A stretch of 64,000 bases of DNA. It comes from Sphagnum compactum (taxonomy: Eukaryota). Positions 1-13,261 of this stretch are shown piece by piece. The stretch spans positions 17,846,213 through 17,910,212 of the forward strand of contig OZ234493.1 in the NCBI GenBank assembly GCA_965153455.1, given 5' to 3'. Position numbers and translations under genes: made by a program. The notes below the pieces were generated by a model that had not been told where the DNA came from, ran no database searches, and saw only the letters and a list, made by a program, of their open reading frames with translations. Every line of letters begins with the position of its first letter. The stretch's first letter is position 1.

Positions 1-1031
1 ATGACAAAAATGAAGCTAGGATTACCAAAACTTTTGTCATCATCCACATGCAAAATGCTTGCAATTCAAACTCAAAATACACACTTGCAAAATTGATGGA
101 ACTAGTTTTAGATTGTTCAATTTAACAATACTTGCACATAGTTATTGAAAAAGTAACATTTAAGGCATGAAAGTAATCAATAACCTCAAGTTCGATTGAA
201 GATACATTGTTTCACAATAGGAAGCATAGTTCTTGTAATTGTTTTGCAAACTACCCATGTCTATGTATATGGTACCTAACCTTGTAACTTTATAAGTTTT
301 TGCCTTTCACAACAAAAATTGATGGCATCATGATATTCCAAGGTTTTTTAAAACAAAATCATCTTTATAACAAACATGTTCTTCATTAGGGTTTTCAATT
401 TCTAATGGGAGATGCTTGCATTACGACATGCCATTTCCCAATTAGCACATCCTTTGCTTGATTTTTTTCCAATGTAATTTTTTTTTGCAAGGTAGATTGT
501 GTGACTTTCAAACTAACCTCGTGAAAGCCCACGTAAACATTTGTATCACTACAATTATATTGGCATGGTTTAGGTCCAAAACAAGATCGTTGCCAAGGAA
601 TTGCAATTACCAAAGGAACACATTCAACCACAAAGGTCAAAACTCAAGCAAGGATGGACAAATTGCCACTCTCATCCTTCACAAAGGCAATCAATTTGTC
701 CAACAAATTGTAAGATGAAATAAGCTCCTTGATTTATGTTGCCATTGCAACTCTAGTCATATTAATAGCTTCAAAGAGTCCCATTGTGACAAGGGAAGGT
801 ACCAATAGTGACTTGATGAAATTTATCATGTGTAAGAGCAAATGTCTCATGTCCAGATCTAGACATTCACAAATTGAAAAAAGTTACAGTATCACAAGAA
901 TCCAAAATTAAAATCACATATTTTCCCATGGTTTTAGCCATCAATAAAGGGATGGCATGTTTAACCCTTTTTTTCTAATTTAAAAACATGATTCAAATTT
1001 TTTAACCCATGCCCAAATGCCTCAACCATTG
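1..1031 (-). mobile_element. Degenerate hAT-like DNA transposase relic, catalytic region
   Basis: Minus-strand fragments read WLRHL..HAIPLLMAKTM, VPSLVTMGLFEAINMTRVAMAT*IKELISSYNLLDKLIAFVKDESGNLSILA, IPWQRSCFG..KPCQYNCSDTNVYVGFHEVSLKVTQSTLQK and RKLKTLMK. These resemble the D-x-G-x-N and CxxH regions of hAT transposases. Many stops and frameshifts. Confidence 0.6.
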
Positions 1032-2841
1032 AGGTAAAAACACAATCAATGGAGCCATGCAAGTGAGTGAACATTCCTTTAAACTACATTTTTGTATGTT
1101 TAAAATATCACAAGTGAAGTATAATAGTTTGGATTGTCCTAATTGTTTTTGAAATATTTTTCATTAATCGCAAATTTTACATGTTCAAAGCTTGGAAAAA
1201 ATAAAAAATGTTTTTGCATGTTCAAAGCACTCAAACCTCGAAAATGGACAATCCTTGTTTTTTTCAAATGTCCTTTTTCCTACCAAATGTGTGCAATTCC
1301 TTTTAAAATTAAAAAGTATTTTAAGATTGATGATTAGAAGAGCAAAAGGACTTGAATTGATGAATTATTTTTAATAACCCATTTGAGCACATTTGGTTCA
1401 AAAGTGTTTTTTGGACCTAAAAATCATGGATTTGAAAATGTGCTTTTAACAAAAGTTGTTCATGTTTATGTGATAAAGGGCATGAATGCATAATATACAT
1501 GATATAAAATTAATTTGTAATCAAAATGTATTTATATTTAAAATTTAATGTTAAAGGGGGTACCCAAAATACAAATTTTCAAGTTATAAACCAACACAAA
1601 AATGACACATGTCGAAGATGGCTTGTGCATGAACCTAGAGCTTGAGCTTAAAACTTTGAGCTTGTAGCTTAACGTTTAATGTGATTTTAACCCACCTACA
1701 TGGATGAATGTGTCCATAGCTCAATGATTTCACATGGATGAAAATCATTTTGCATGGATGAATTTTATTAATGAACTGGATTAAATAAATAAATATTTGA
1801 TTAAATTCATCCATGATTAGAAGATAAATAAATTAAAATTTATTTATATCCATCTTCATTTCTTGTCCAAGTATTAATATTTCAAACTTGAGTGTCATTT
1901 AATGATGATGCATAATGTGACTATAAGGGAAAATATGATGATGGGACCAAATTTTTTTAAAATTTTGTTTAAAAAATCATTTTCATCAATAATGTTAAGC
2001 AATTTTTTTAAAAATTTGTCATGGGATGAATGTTAAACCCCTTATTGTCATCTATGATAATAGGTTGTTGGAAGGAAACTAATTAAGGTGCTTGAAACTG
2101 AATTTTTGTTTATTTAAAAAAACTATTGTTATCAATGACAATAGGTAGTTTACATATATCTAAAACAATCAAAACCCATATTTGTCAACAACACTAGTTA
2201 GATTTGACAAAAGTTGTGCCACCTTTGAAGAAGAATGAAAAGAAATCCCCCATTGTTGTCCACAATGTTTATAAATAGGTTTGAAGGAAGTTGTGGCAAA
2301 AAAAAAACCCATTGTCATCAACGACATTGGGTCAATGTGCCTATAAAAATAAAATCAACAATGACCATTGGGTGGATGTTAACACAACAATAGTAATATA
2401 ATTAAGTCATATTGAAAAAAATGGCATTTTCAACCTAATCATCAAATACATTTATAATGGAATTTACATTATATTACTCAACAAATGTTATATCATATAG
2501 AAATAATATGAAGCTTTAGTTGATTAAAACTAGGGGGGAAAAAATTCATTGATAAGAACTTAACAATAAAATAAAACATTCATCCATAATGAAGATGAAT
2601 GCTTACGCTCATCCCCATTTGCTTCTAGGTGTACTTGTATAACGTTCATTTTGTAGTTAAATTTTTGGGTTTTACCTACGTGTACATGGAAAATGCATTT
2701 TACCATCCCAAGTTCCAGCTTTAGGCTCTAGGCGTAGGCTTTAGGCTCATACAATAACTTGCCTTGACACATGTCATGTGCAATCTTTGAAAAAGGACTT
2801 TTACCTTGGCACCCTTGGCTCTTTTAATCATGTTTTCACCC
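1032..2841. mobile_element. Non-autonomous TIR element (PIF/Harbinger-like) splitting the hAT relic
   Basis: The left end AGGTAAAAACACAATCAATGGAGCCA matches the reverse complement of the right end, GGGTGAAAACATGATTAAAAGAGCCA. Transposase-like coding sequence resumes on both sides. Confidence 0.5.
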
Positions 2842-3400
2842 ATAATTGACTATCCACAACAAAATTAAATAGGCATATAACCTTTAACAACAAACAACAA
2901 ATCCTCCATGAATGCCTTTTGCCCTGCATCCTCCTTGTTATAAGGAATATTACTCCCAAAATGTTCTATGATGGCCCCATATGCAACAGTACTCTTTTTA
3001 GACTAATCTCAAAGTTATTATTTTGTAAAAAGAAGTTAAATTGGCATTCTTCTACCTACCCCCAAGCACTTGGATGTTTTATCAAGATATGTTCTTCATA
3101 ATAGTTATCACATGTTGCTAGTTATATGTGATCACACCTTTCCTCTTCTTGGTGATATTGCCAAAAAAATTTGCTTGGGAAATAGAATGGCAAATTACAT
3201 AACCCATTTTTTGAGAAATAATAGGAGTCACTTTATTGCCATCATTGGCCACAAAAAAACTGCTAAGGGGAGAAAGAACCGGTGGTGATGGATGCAAGAC
3301 TTTTGATTCAAAGTCAATTGAAGCTTTAATACTTCCCATGCAACATTTAGTTATAGGTTTAAGTTGTTTGGGGTTGTAATATTTTTTCTAATAGATGGTG
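2842..3400 (-). mobile_element. N-terminal part of the same hAT-like transposase relic
   Basis: Minus strand reads AYGAIIEHFGSNIPYNKEDAGQKAFMEDLLFVVKGYMPI..VDSQ, which joins WLRHL at ~1028 once 1032-2841 is removed. Confidence 0.5.
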
Positions 3401-6400
3401 CACTAGCCATTGAAATTGAACCAATAATTGGCCCTGAATCATCCCCTAACCCCATTGCCAAATGACCCTACAACCTAAACCATGAAATCACAATGAACAT
3501 TTAAACAAGTTGGGTCTCAATGCTGAAAGGATTGAAAGAAGAGGTAGAATTGAAAAAGCTAGGTTAGGGGTTTAGAAAGTTCCTTATTGATTACATGCAT
3601 AAATATAACCTTAAACTATGGTTACAAGTGGAATAAGAATTTTGTAGCACTTTGAAATAAGGAACAATCACTTTAAGACTTAATATAAAAGTAACTACTG
3701 GACCTTAAGCATTTTCATTAGTTAAAAAGTTTAAACAAGTCTTGAACCTTAAACCATGAGCAAACAACAAACCATGAGCAACCATGAATTCAAGGTGGAA
3801 TGCAAATTGAAAAGGAATAAGTGAAAGCAGTCTCCCACTTTCTTGCAAAACTTGAATCGATTATTGAAAATATAAAATTGAGATCACACTGAAGCCAAAT
3901 CACATCTTCATGTAGCCAAATCGCATCCCCCACGTAACTCTTCAATCAATAACTTTTTGATTCAACTTATAGCAACATGCACGACCCTTGGCGGAACAAG
4001 TGGTGGACCGAATGGAATGAACTTAACTGGAGTGGTTCCACAACCCCCCCTACTAAAACCTAAGTTTGGTGTGGAAGTGGTTTGACAACCACCCCAAGTG
4101 GAAGTGGTTTCCCAACTTGAGCATTTGATTTCCAAAATGTTTTCCATCCTTTCGAGAATTCAATCAACATTTGCAATAACATTCAATGATTAAAGGTGGT
4201 AGCCATTAGCCATTTTCATTAACCTCAAAATGATCTTTTTTGACTCATTGCCAAATGATCATTGCTAAAAGTCAAATAAGATGAGTGAAGTGGACTTGTG
4301 TGAAATCAATAGTTTAGGTATTGAAGAAAAAACAAATACCTAAATAGATGACAAGGTTTGGATGAAAAAAATATGAAAGTTTAATGAATAACGAACCTAG
4401 GTTAAAGTTATTGGTCCCCATCTAGGGTATTCATTTTTCCAATGTAATACCTTACCAACAAGGTATTTTTGAATACCAAAAAATTTAATATTGAATTGGG
4501 TAGGATTTTGTCCAAATATTAAGAATATCCAGATACGGCAAGTAAGTCATATTTCATACTCGAAATCAAACCTAGGTTGATAACCATGTTGATTTTCAAT
4601 AATCGAACAACACTAATTATTATTAATGTTGTATATGTATCAATTTTAGTGGGTAAGAACTAACAGCTACTAGTTTAACCTCCAAGGACACTGATTGGAA
4701 CCTATGTCAAGGTTAGGAACCTACACATAGCCAAATTGTAGATAAGGGGAACTAGGTTTAAAACCTACCACCTAGTTATTGGGCACAAAGAAATTAAATT
4801 TAATAGGACAATTCCAAGTTTCAATTTTTAAAACCTGAACCAATGGGTCAATATAATCTAGGGTTCAATTGAACTGAATGAAGATTATCTTAAAATCCCA
4901 ATTTTTGTTATTTTTTTAATGTGTAGGAATTCAGGGTTTCAAGGGAACTTTTTTTTTATTTGTTGCTATCACACCTTTGTTTCAAAACATGTTTATTGCC
5001 TTCACAACTCTTTTTAAATTGCTCTTTGTAATTACTCTTGTTCTTTGTTGTTTGGTACCCTCCAAAAGGTTGTTTTTTGTATTGTTTTCAATGGCAAAGG
5101 TCATCATTTTGTGATTTCAATCATTGTTGTTTAAGTGTTGCTTGCATTTTTGTTTTCCATGTCATTTTGTCTTCGTTTTGTTCTTCTCCTTGCTCACCTT
5201 GCTTCTTTAATGGCAAAGGCCCATTGGGTGCAAATATAATAATAGGAACCACTTAGTTGAAGACCATAACTTGGTTTTTACAAAGCACTCGTGAAGCTTC
5301 CATGTAGCAAATTTTTTTCCAAAATTAAATGGATACATATTATATAATGTATTTGGGCATATGCATGGTGGGGGGGACCTTGTTTGCCATCATAAAGTCC
5401 ATTTTTTTATAATGGTGTACATTTCAATTGTTACATGTTTTTGTAAATGTTAGAAATCATCAATAGGGACTCATTTTCAGGTTATGAATTTGAATATGTA
5501 TGTCAATTGATTGTTGTGAAAAATGATTAAAATAACAAAAGGTATGAACTTTTGAAGTTGAGATTATAATATATCCACAAGCAAAATAAAGTTATTGGAG
5601 TTTGATTAAAATTAACGGTTGAATTTTAAACTTGTGGGGGATTTGGTTTGAATTAAAATATATAATGAAGAAAAAAATATTGAAAGGTTTTGAATAAAAT
5701 CATATGAAAATATTGACTTATGGCTTTTGTTTGTGGGTAGAAATAATTATTTTTCCAAAGTTCATAACATATTGAAAATATGGTGGTTTGTGTTGGCATT
5801 TCTCACACATGATGCCTTACTAGATGATCTCTATATGTTTTAATTTTCCAATGGAATAAATACTTTAATGCCTTAAGAATAATAACCCATATTTTTGTGT
5901 CCAGTTGTGATTCAATGTAAAAAATCTCCAAAATGGATATATTTGGGAGTATCTTCTTGGCCAATTTTGGTCCACTCTAAAGTACCAAAACCCATTTATC
6001 ATCCATTTGATGAAAATTCTTAATCCCAAAATGTTGTTCAATGTTAATATTTTTTGTAACATTAATTTGGCAAAATATATTTCAATGTGTAGTGAATTGA
6101 ACCTCATAGGAATACCTAAATTTGTGGTAATCCACATACTAGAAAAAACCTTCCCATGACATGAAGGGTGTGAATAACTAAGGATTACACATCTCCTACA
6201 TATGACACCAATTGTTAAACTTTTGGAAAAAATCATTTGTTTTGATGGCATGCTAACTACCTTTAAATATTGATAGGGCACCTTAGTGGTTCCATACATG
6301 TCCTCCATGTCCCACAACAATGGCATGGTGACCAAATACAAAGGTGAACTTGTCTTTAAATTTAAAGAATTCCCCCCATATGTAAATGATGGCAATGTGG

Positions 6401-7247
6401 GTGGTCAAAACTTCACCCCCCACTTAATAAACCCATTGGTTCCCCTCAAAATATCCCTTATATGAAATCTTGTGTCACCTCCATGGTGACCTTTAATTCT
6501 AAATCTAGTTAACCATATCCTAACCTTAAACTAGGATGTTAAACCTATGGGCTTAACTTAACCTTAATTTAAGGCACATGTATTCACAAAAAACATTTCA
6601 TAAGGTCAATGTAACATGAGCACATTGTCAACACAACAAATGTGGTTTATTAGCCATGAACTCGATTTCACCACCACAAATAAACAATGGTATAATTAAT
6701 GATCAAATTTGGAACATTCGCAAGAATGCCAAATTTGGTATCCCTACAGTTACACATTCACACTTGCTAGAATTTGGGCCTATGAGGTCAAGTGGATTAT
6801 AGTTTTGCCCAATCACACCCGCTTGCCCACACTAAATTTTTTAATTTTGCACCCACTAAATGGAACAACCATGTTGGTGTGAGGGTGAGGTTACAATAGC
6901 ATGAGTTGTACATCCGTGGCAGTTGTGGGATCAGGAATGTTAAAATGGAGATATGGGTGTTGAAGGGAAGGAAATTGTTGATATGAAGGGCGCATTAGGA
7001 CATTTTGGCACATCCCCACATTTTGTTTAACAATCATAATCAATGCCGTCAACCTTGGGTATTGGGGATGTTTCATCACCCCATCCCAAATTATAATTGA
7101 TTGCAAAAACATGGGAGAAACAAATTGGTCAAATGGTTATGAAAAGTGAGGTGTAAGAATACAAAATTTATTACAAAATCAAATTAAATGTTTTGCTTCT
7201 TAATTTAAAATTTAGGCCAATTGAAAGGACAAAAAATATGAATCATA

Positions 7248-7492
7248 TTGGAATATGATAATCCAATTTTCAAGCGACCTTACAAGTTTAGTGAGGTGGA
7301 AAGGCCCTTGGTTCAAGCCCTAAGAATAGAATTGATGGATGTAGGTTTATTGGAATTATCCAAAAGTGATTATAGTTCAATGATAATGATGCCAACCAAG
7401 GACTTTTGGGCAATTGGACTAAACATCACATGTGTGGGGATTATCGTCAAATGAACAAATAGACCCATTCGGACAAGTATACCATGCCCTTA
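7248..7492 (+). mobile_element. Ty3/gypsy reverse transcriptase relic, N-terminal part
   Basis: PIFKRPYKFSEVERPLVQA..ELMDVGLLELSKSDYSS, then after a frameshift GNWTKHHMCGDYRQMNK*THSDKYTMP (gypsy RT 'RMCVDYRxLNxxTxxDxYPMP' motif). Confidence 0.75.
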
Positions 7493-8078
7493 GGGTCAAA
7501 ACATGGTTGGGGTACACAAAAGGATTGTTTCATTTTATGTTCACTAAACCCCTGCACTTAAACATGTTGTTAAAATTTAATGACACATTCATATTGAAAG
7601 TTTGATTTTATTTATTGATAAATACATGCATAGAATGTCAAATTTAAACAAGTGAATTCATGTTAAGTCCTTGAAAAAAATCCAAGATTTTGTCTCATGA
7701 GAACAAAAAGTTCAAAGATTCATAAAGAATGTATAAACAACTTTTCTTGGCCCAAAATTTTTACCACAAACACCTTATGTGCTAATGTGTATAAAATGTA
7801 TGAATTTGATAAGAACCAAATGCCTTATTGTCCAAGTTTTGGGCCATTGATAGACCATGGCCCACATTGGATAAATTTTACTATTCTCATTTTCATAAGT
7901 GAAAACAATAAATACTTTAAAGGCTTATATAAAATTGAAACAAAATTATTTCATTTGACATGGAAAAAATGGTGAAATATAAGATAATTCATGGGAAAAG
8001 TGAAGAACAAGGTGAATTTTGAAATCCTTGGAGCGAGTCCTTAGGGTTCAAAATGGTACCCCAATCATGCTTGGACCC
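7493..8078. mobile_element. MITE-like TIR element inserted in the gypsy RT
   Basis: Left end GGGTCAAAACATGGTTGGGGTAC; right end reverse complement GGGTCCAAGCATGATTGGGGTAC. Preceded by TTA. No coding capacity. Confidence 0.6.
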
Positions 8079-8804
8079 CCTATGTTAATTAATGGTAATT
8101 GCCATCATAAGGAAAAATAATCAAATGTTTATTATGAAATGGCAATGTTACGTAATCGTAGTATTGTGAGTGAATTACCTTCAAGGTAAAATCATCATAG
8201 GTTCATTTTGGAATAGAATTATATTAAAATAATATTTTTTAATAACTAAATCTTTTAATCTAACTACCCAAGAAGGCTGCCTAGTAACTATTTAATTATT
8301 AATGGTAGGTCCATACTTATTATCCCTTATATACTTTGGGATGAAACCATTAAGATAGTTAATTTTTAGAAGATAAGGTAGTTTACCATTAACTAACATA
8401 TGTGAAGAAGTTTAAAATAGGGTGAAGAAATTTAGAAAGATTAAAAACACCATTGTGTGATGGGGAACCATAGTTATGGTTTTTTATAATCTCTTGGGTT
8501 CCTTCTTTTATTCCTTACCATTTTACCATTCTTTCATTTTATCACTTTATGGGTGTGATTTAAAAGTGGTGTGTGAAGTGAAAAAATAAGGTCATACTTG
8601 TGTGAAAAAAAAGAAAAAGATTTTGATTAAAAGTCAAATGACATATTTCTTTTGTAATTTGCCTTGATTTTTTAGATGCAAATAGAGTATTTAGTATTAG
8701 TTGATGTAGAACAAAATAACTCTAATTATTTAATTAGTTTTTTTCATTATTTTATTTAACAAATGTTTTTGAAATATTTTGGCTAAAAAATAGTTATAGC
8801 ATAA

Positions 8805-9459
8805 GGGTGAAAGTAGGAAAAAAGGAGCCAAGCAATGTGTGGATAGTCCTTAAAAATTGTTTTTTGAAAATTTGAAAACTCACCATGGCAACACTATATG
8901 TCAAAAAAATTGTTTTATTTTTTAAAAAAAATCTTATACTTTCAAAGTTGCAACTACAAAATTTTCATGAAAATTCACCATGTTTTAAAAATCCTTTTAT
9001 ATGTTTAAAGCACTCAAGACAAGCATGTGGATGAGTGGTTTTTTTTAATCAATTTTTTTTTCCTTTATTAAATGTTCACTAAATTGTTTCAATTTTCTTG
9101 TGAACTTTAATATATTCCACAAAAAGGGATCCATGTGTTCAAAACATTCAAAAAATAAAAATACATATACATTTTTAGATTTTAATACTCGAATGTCCTT
9201 TTACACTATTATAATTTTGAATTTGTAATCATGGTTCAAAGTAAAATTATAGATTTGATTATAATATAAGGCTTGATGCAAAAACATTTGAGTTTTTATC
9301 ATGTTATATGTCATATTTGGCTTCAAATTTGATATTCAGTTTAAAAAATTGTGTGAAAAATGCAGTATAAACCAATAGAAAACTACCATGTGGAAAATGC
9401 AATCTATGGAAAGGACTTTAACCTTGGCGTGACTAGCTCCTTTTTTCAAGCTTTCACCC
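8805..9459. mobile_element. MITE-like TIR element (GGGTGAAA termini)
   Basis: Left end GGGTGAAAGTAGGAAAAAAGGAGC; right end reverse complement GGGTGAAAGCTTGAAAAAAGGAGC. Preceded by TAA; right-hand TSD not conserved. Confidence 0.65.
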
Positions 9460-9940
9460 AGAAAGGTAATCAATTTGAAGGCAATATTTTTTATTTTAGT
9501 TAATTTTTTTATTCATTTCATTTATATTAAAACTTATTTACTAAAGAAGATTATTAGAAGGTAGTTGCAACAAGACGGTAGTTGTTGTATTAAAGTAGCT
9601 ATTGGAAGGTAATGGTTGTAAATATGAAGGTAATAACCATGGATGTGAAGGTAGTAAGTCTAGGATGAAGTTTTGTTTCATTAAGTTATTATAATGTATC
9701 CAAGGACTATAAGGTAGCTACCTTCTAACCCTTTCGTGATTATTCTGGTTTTCATAAAACAGTTTTAAAGTCCCTTTAACTTTCTAGGCTAAAGGGAAGA
9801 TTGCCTTCCAAAAGGCAAGGCAATTTCTTCCTAGATGTGTTTTCATTGTGTTTATTCAATTTCCACCTAGTAACCCTTTCCTCATGATAATAGTTAGGTT
9901 ATTGATTCCACTATTTTACACCATACTAAAAGATATGATA

Positions 9941-10400
9941 GGTTAAGGTTTTCAATACTTTGAACTTACAATTTGGCTACCATGAATTGCCATTAAGGGA
10001 GGTGACAAGGTCAAAAAGGTTTTTTGGGGGATAAGTTGTCATAGGAAGGATTATTTTTATTAATAATTTTTCCATTTGGTTTTAAGAATGCCCTTATATA
10101 ATTCCAAAAAATCATGGATTAGGCGTTGGCAAGCTTTGACTTTGTTAAATGTTACATTGATAACATCATCATTTTTAGCCTCATTTTAAGGGATCACATG
10201 CATCATGTGTAAGAGGTGTTTGAAAAAGTTAAAGGACATAACCTTAAGCCTCAACCAAGCAAGTGTCAATTCTTTTGAACTTAAGTGGATTAAATGGGTC
10301 ATATGATTTAACCAAAAGGATTAGAATTTCATAAGGCTAAAGATTGAAACCATGTCATAAGTTCCCCAACCAACAAATGTTATTTAATTATGAACTTTTA
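9941..10400 (+). mobile_element. Ty3/gypsy reverse transcriptase relic, core and C-terminal part
   Basis: VKVFNTLNLQFGYHELPLRE..DKVKKVFWG, PFGFKNA, CYIDNIIIF (decayed YIDD) and HNLKPQPSKCQF. Continues the fragment at 7248-7492. Confidence 0.75.
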
Positions 10401-10459
10401 ATTTTAAGTACTTTTGAAAAAAATCTTACCTTGTATATATAATTTTGATGTACATCCAA

Positions 10460-10845
10460 AAGCAAAAACCTTCAACATTCAAAAGTATGAGCAAGAACCT
10501 TCCACATTCAAAAGAAACAACAAAAACCTTCAACATTCAAAAACAATAACAAAACCTTCAACCTCTTTAAGAGCAAAGATAAGAACCTTCAATAACCTTT
10601 TTTTAAATAATAACAAGAACTTTCAACCTTCAAGAAAAAGAACAAAAGCCTTCGACCTCTTTAAAAACAAAAACAAGAACCTTCAACCTCCAAGAACCCA
10701 AAAAAAACCCTTCAACCTCTCTAAGAGTACAAACAAGAACCTTCAACCTTAGAAAGAAAATATAAAAGTATTTAATATCTTAAAGAGCAAAAACAAGAAC
10801 CTTCAACCTCCAAAATAAAAAACAAAAGCCTTCAATCTCCAAGTT
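10460..10845 (+). repeat. Degenerate A-rich minisatellite, ~30-33 bp unit
   Basis: About 12 recurrences of (AAG/AAA)AACCTTCAACCTC separated by A-rich linkers. Confidence 0.75.
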
Positions 10846-12281
10846 ATTTAAATACATAATATAACTTATAACAACCTTTTAGTTCTAGTTCTAAATTAAA
10901 CAAACAAAAAAAATCTTAGTTATAACACATGATATGAAAATTGCTTCACCAAAAGATTAGGAAATACAGAAAATGTTTGAATAAAAATATTTAAACAAAA
11001 AGTTCATCTTGAATTTTTAACAATAAGCATAAGCACGTGAAGGTCGTTGATGCTTTGGGGAAAATTTGTTGATATACTGCCATGTGTCATTCGTTTAAGG
11101 GTTTCCCACCCAAATTTCAAATTTTAAGTTGAAATACAATTGCAACTAGTTGCAAACAAGTTGAAATGTCATATAATGGGCGCTGGAAATGTATACACAT
11201 GGCATGATCATATGTGTTACTCAAAGCCATACATTTGTTACAAAGTAGTCATTGATTAATAAATTTTTTAAAATTTTAAAATTTCACATCTTTTAAATTG
11301 TGAGTGCTCTTTGAATGTGGGTAGTAGGTTATTATCATTTTTATTTTTTTGCAATCAGAATTATTTTAGTAAAATAGTCTTTATTTAGTCCTTGGTAAAA
11401 TTAATCATAATCTGACGCAACACCTATGCAAATTCAAATGTTTTTTACTAAAACCAAAACCCAAATTTTAATTTAATAAATTTTTAATTTTAATTCCTCA
11501 ACATTCATATTAATAATTTTGCACAACTTGAAGTGTTTGACATAACTTGAAAATGTCAAGAAAAAAACATCTCTAAAACAAAATCATAGTTCTCACCATT
11601 ATTCAACATGGTTTTTGGCTCCTTTAATCATACTTGCACCTGATAACACCATTAGACTTTGGGTTTCTTGTTTTGTTGTTGTTTGCAATCATGATGAAAA
11701 GGTGGCAACTTCAAGTAACTAATTGATGGAAGGGAGGGAAGCTATGGCATGAAGGCATATGGTTCTAGTTGCAAATTTGATTTTTCTTGTTGGGTTCCAC
11801 ATTAACCTAAAGGGTGGCATTTGGAAAGGATGAGATAGTGAAGGAAATGCAAAGTTTGTCACGCTAGTGTAAAGTGTTGTTGTCAAAGTTGAATAATTGA
11901 AGGAATGCAAAATGTGGATGTGATAGAGGGAATGTGGCAACTCAGATTGCATATGTGGAAAAACTTGCCAGTAAGATTCAATGGTCTTTAGGGATTCCTT
12001 GTGAATTTTATGGTCTTTGGGGATTCTTTTGGAATTTTGTGATTTTTGGAGAATTAGGATGACAAAGCATGGTGTTGTGACAAAGTATTTCTACCAATTG
12101 AGGGATTGTTTAATCCAAGATGGCTTACCATTTTATTTTTTAAGGTTAGGTGTTGTGCATTGGGTTTTAAGAGACATGTGATGAGTGAAGAACTTGGTAG
12201 ATGGAGAGGTTCCTGTCTAATACCATTCTAGTCTTCAAATATGTTATTTCCCTCAAATGTTGATTGTTGGCTTCATTCTAA

Positions 12282-12652
12282 GGCCCACTTTACACTAGGA
12301 GTCAGGCCTAATGTTCAACCCAAATCAAGCATTCCTGTTGGTGCAAAAGTTGAATTTGGCCCCAAGTTCTTTGCACTAGGAGTCAAGGGTGAAATAGAAA
12401 AAATAATTTCAATCTGCCCCAAGCTACTAATAAATGCTGAACTTTATGGCCTTGTATACAAGGCCAGAAGGCTGAAAAAAGGATACCCTCGAATTTGGGA
12501 ACCCAATTTGCAACCCTTGGGGTCAATGTTCCAGCATTTATTAATATTCTGACATCAATGTTCTAGCATTTATTAGTAACTTGGGGGCCAGACAACAAGC
12601 CAAAAATGCTCAAAGTTGGCCCAAGTCTTTTGGGCCTAGTGTAAAGCGAGCC
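12282..12652. mobile_element. Tourist-like (PIF/Harbinger) MITE, 371 bp
   Basis: TIRs GGCCCACTTTACACTAGG / CCTAGTGTAAAGCGAGCC, flanked by a perfect TAA target-site duplication (12279-12281 and 12653-12655). Confidence 0.85.
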
Positions 12653-13012
12653 TAATGCTCAAACATTGGCTCAAAGGTATTTCACATAATTTAAAGACAC
12701 ATACATGTTAATCCACAAATTCACAATGACTTGTCCATTGTTTTTAGCATTGTCTTTTCAAACAAATGTGTGATTGCTCACAAAAGTTAAATCACAAAAC
12801 AAATTGTTCACTTTCAACAACACATAGTTGAGATGAGATTCCTTTGATAGCGAAATTATTTTTAAAAAAAAACTGGGATGGAATGTTTTACAATTCTGAC
12901 ATTTTTCCAAAAACCAGAACCCGAGGTTCCTTGATCTCCAAATTTTCAAAAACCCAAAACTGGAGATTTCCTTGAGTTCTAAATTTTCAAAAACCCGGAA
13001 GGAGAGGTTATT

Positions 13013-13261
13013 AACAAGGGGTATGTCACAAGGTGACCTTGCCATTTACATTAAAAAGTATTTAAGGCAAAAGAAGAATGATGCAAATTCAAATATTTCA
13101 CCATGCAAAAATACAATCTTCAAAAAGGCACTCTAAAAACAAACCAAAATCCTTCAAGAGATCATAACTCTATAACTAATCTCAAGTTTCAACAGAAGCC
13201 AAAAAATCATCTTTCAAAAATCCTCATACAAAAATAGACCTACAAACTAGGGGCCAAAATC
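13013..13261 (+). repeat. Dispersed repeat, copy 1 (direct repeat of 23032-23291)
   Basis: Both copies share AACAAGGGGT(A/G)TGTCACA..CCTTGCCATTTACATTAAAAAGTAT..CAAATATTTCACCATGCAAAAATA..ATAACTCTATAACTAATCTCAAG..CTAGGGGCCAAAATC. Confidence 0.85.

Noticed and set aside
5865-6395. 176-aa ORF as a protein-coding gene
   Set aside because: No recognisable domain or splice structure, and it lies among decayed repeats. Probably a transposon relic, but unassignable.
10414-10752. 112-aa Lys/Asn-rich protein
   Set aside because: It is the translation of an A-rich minisatellite.
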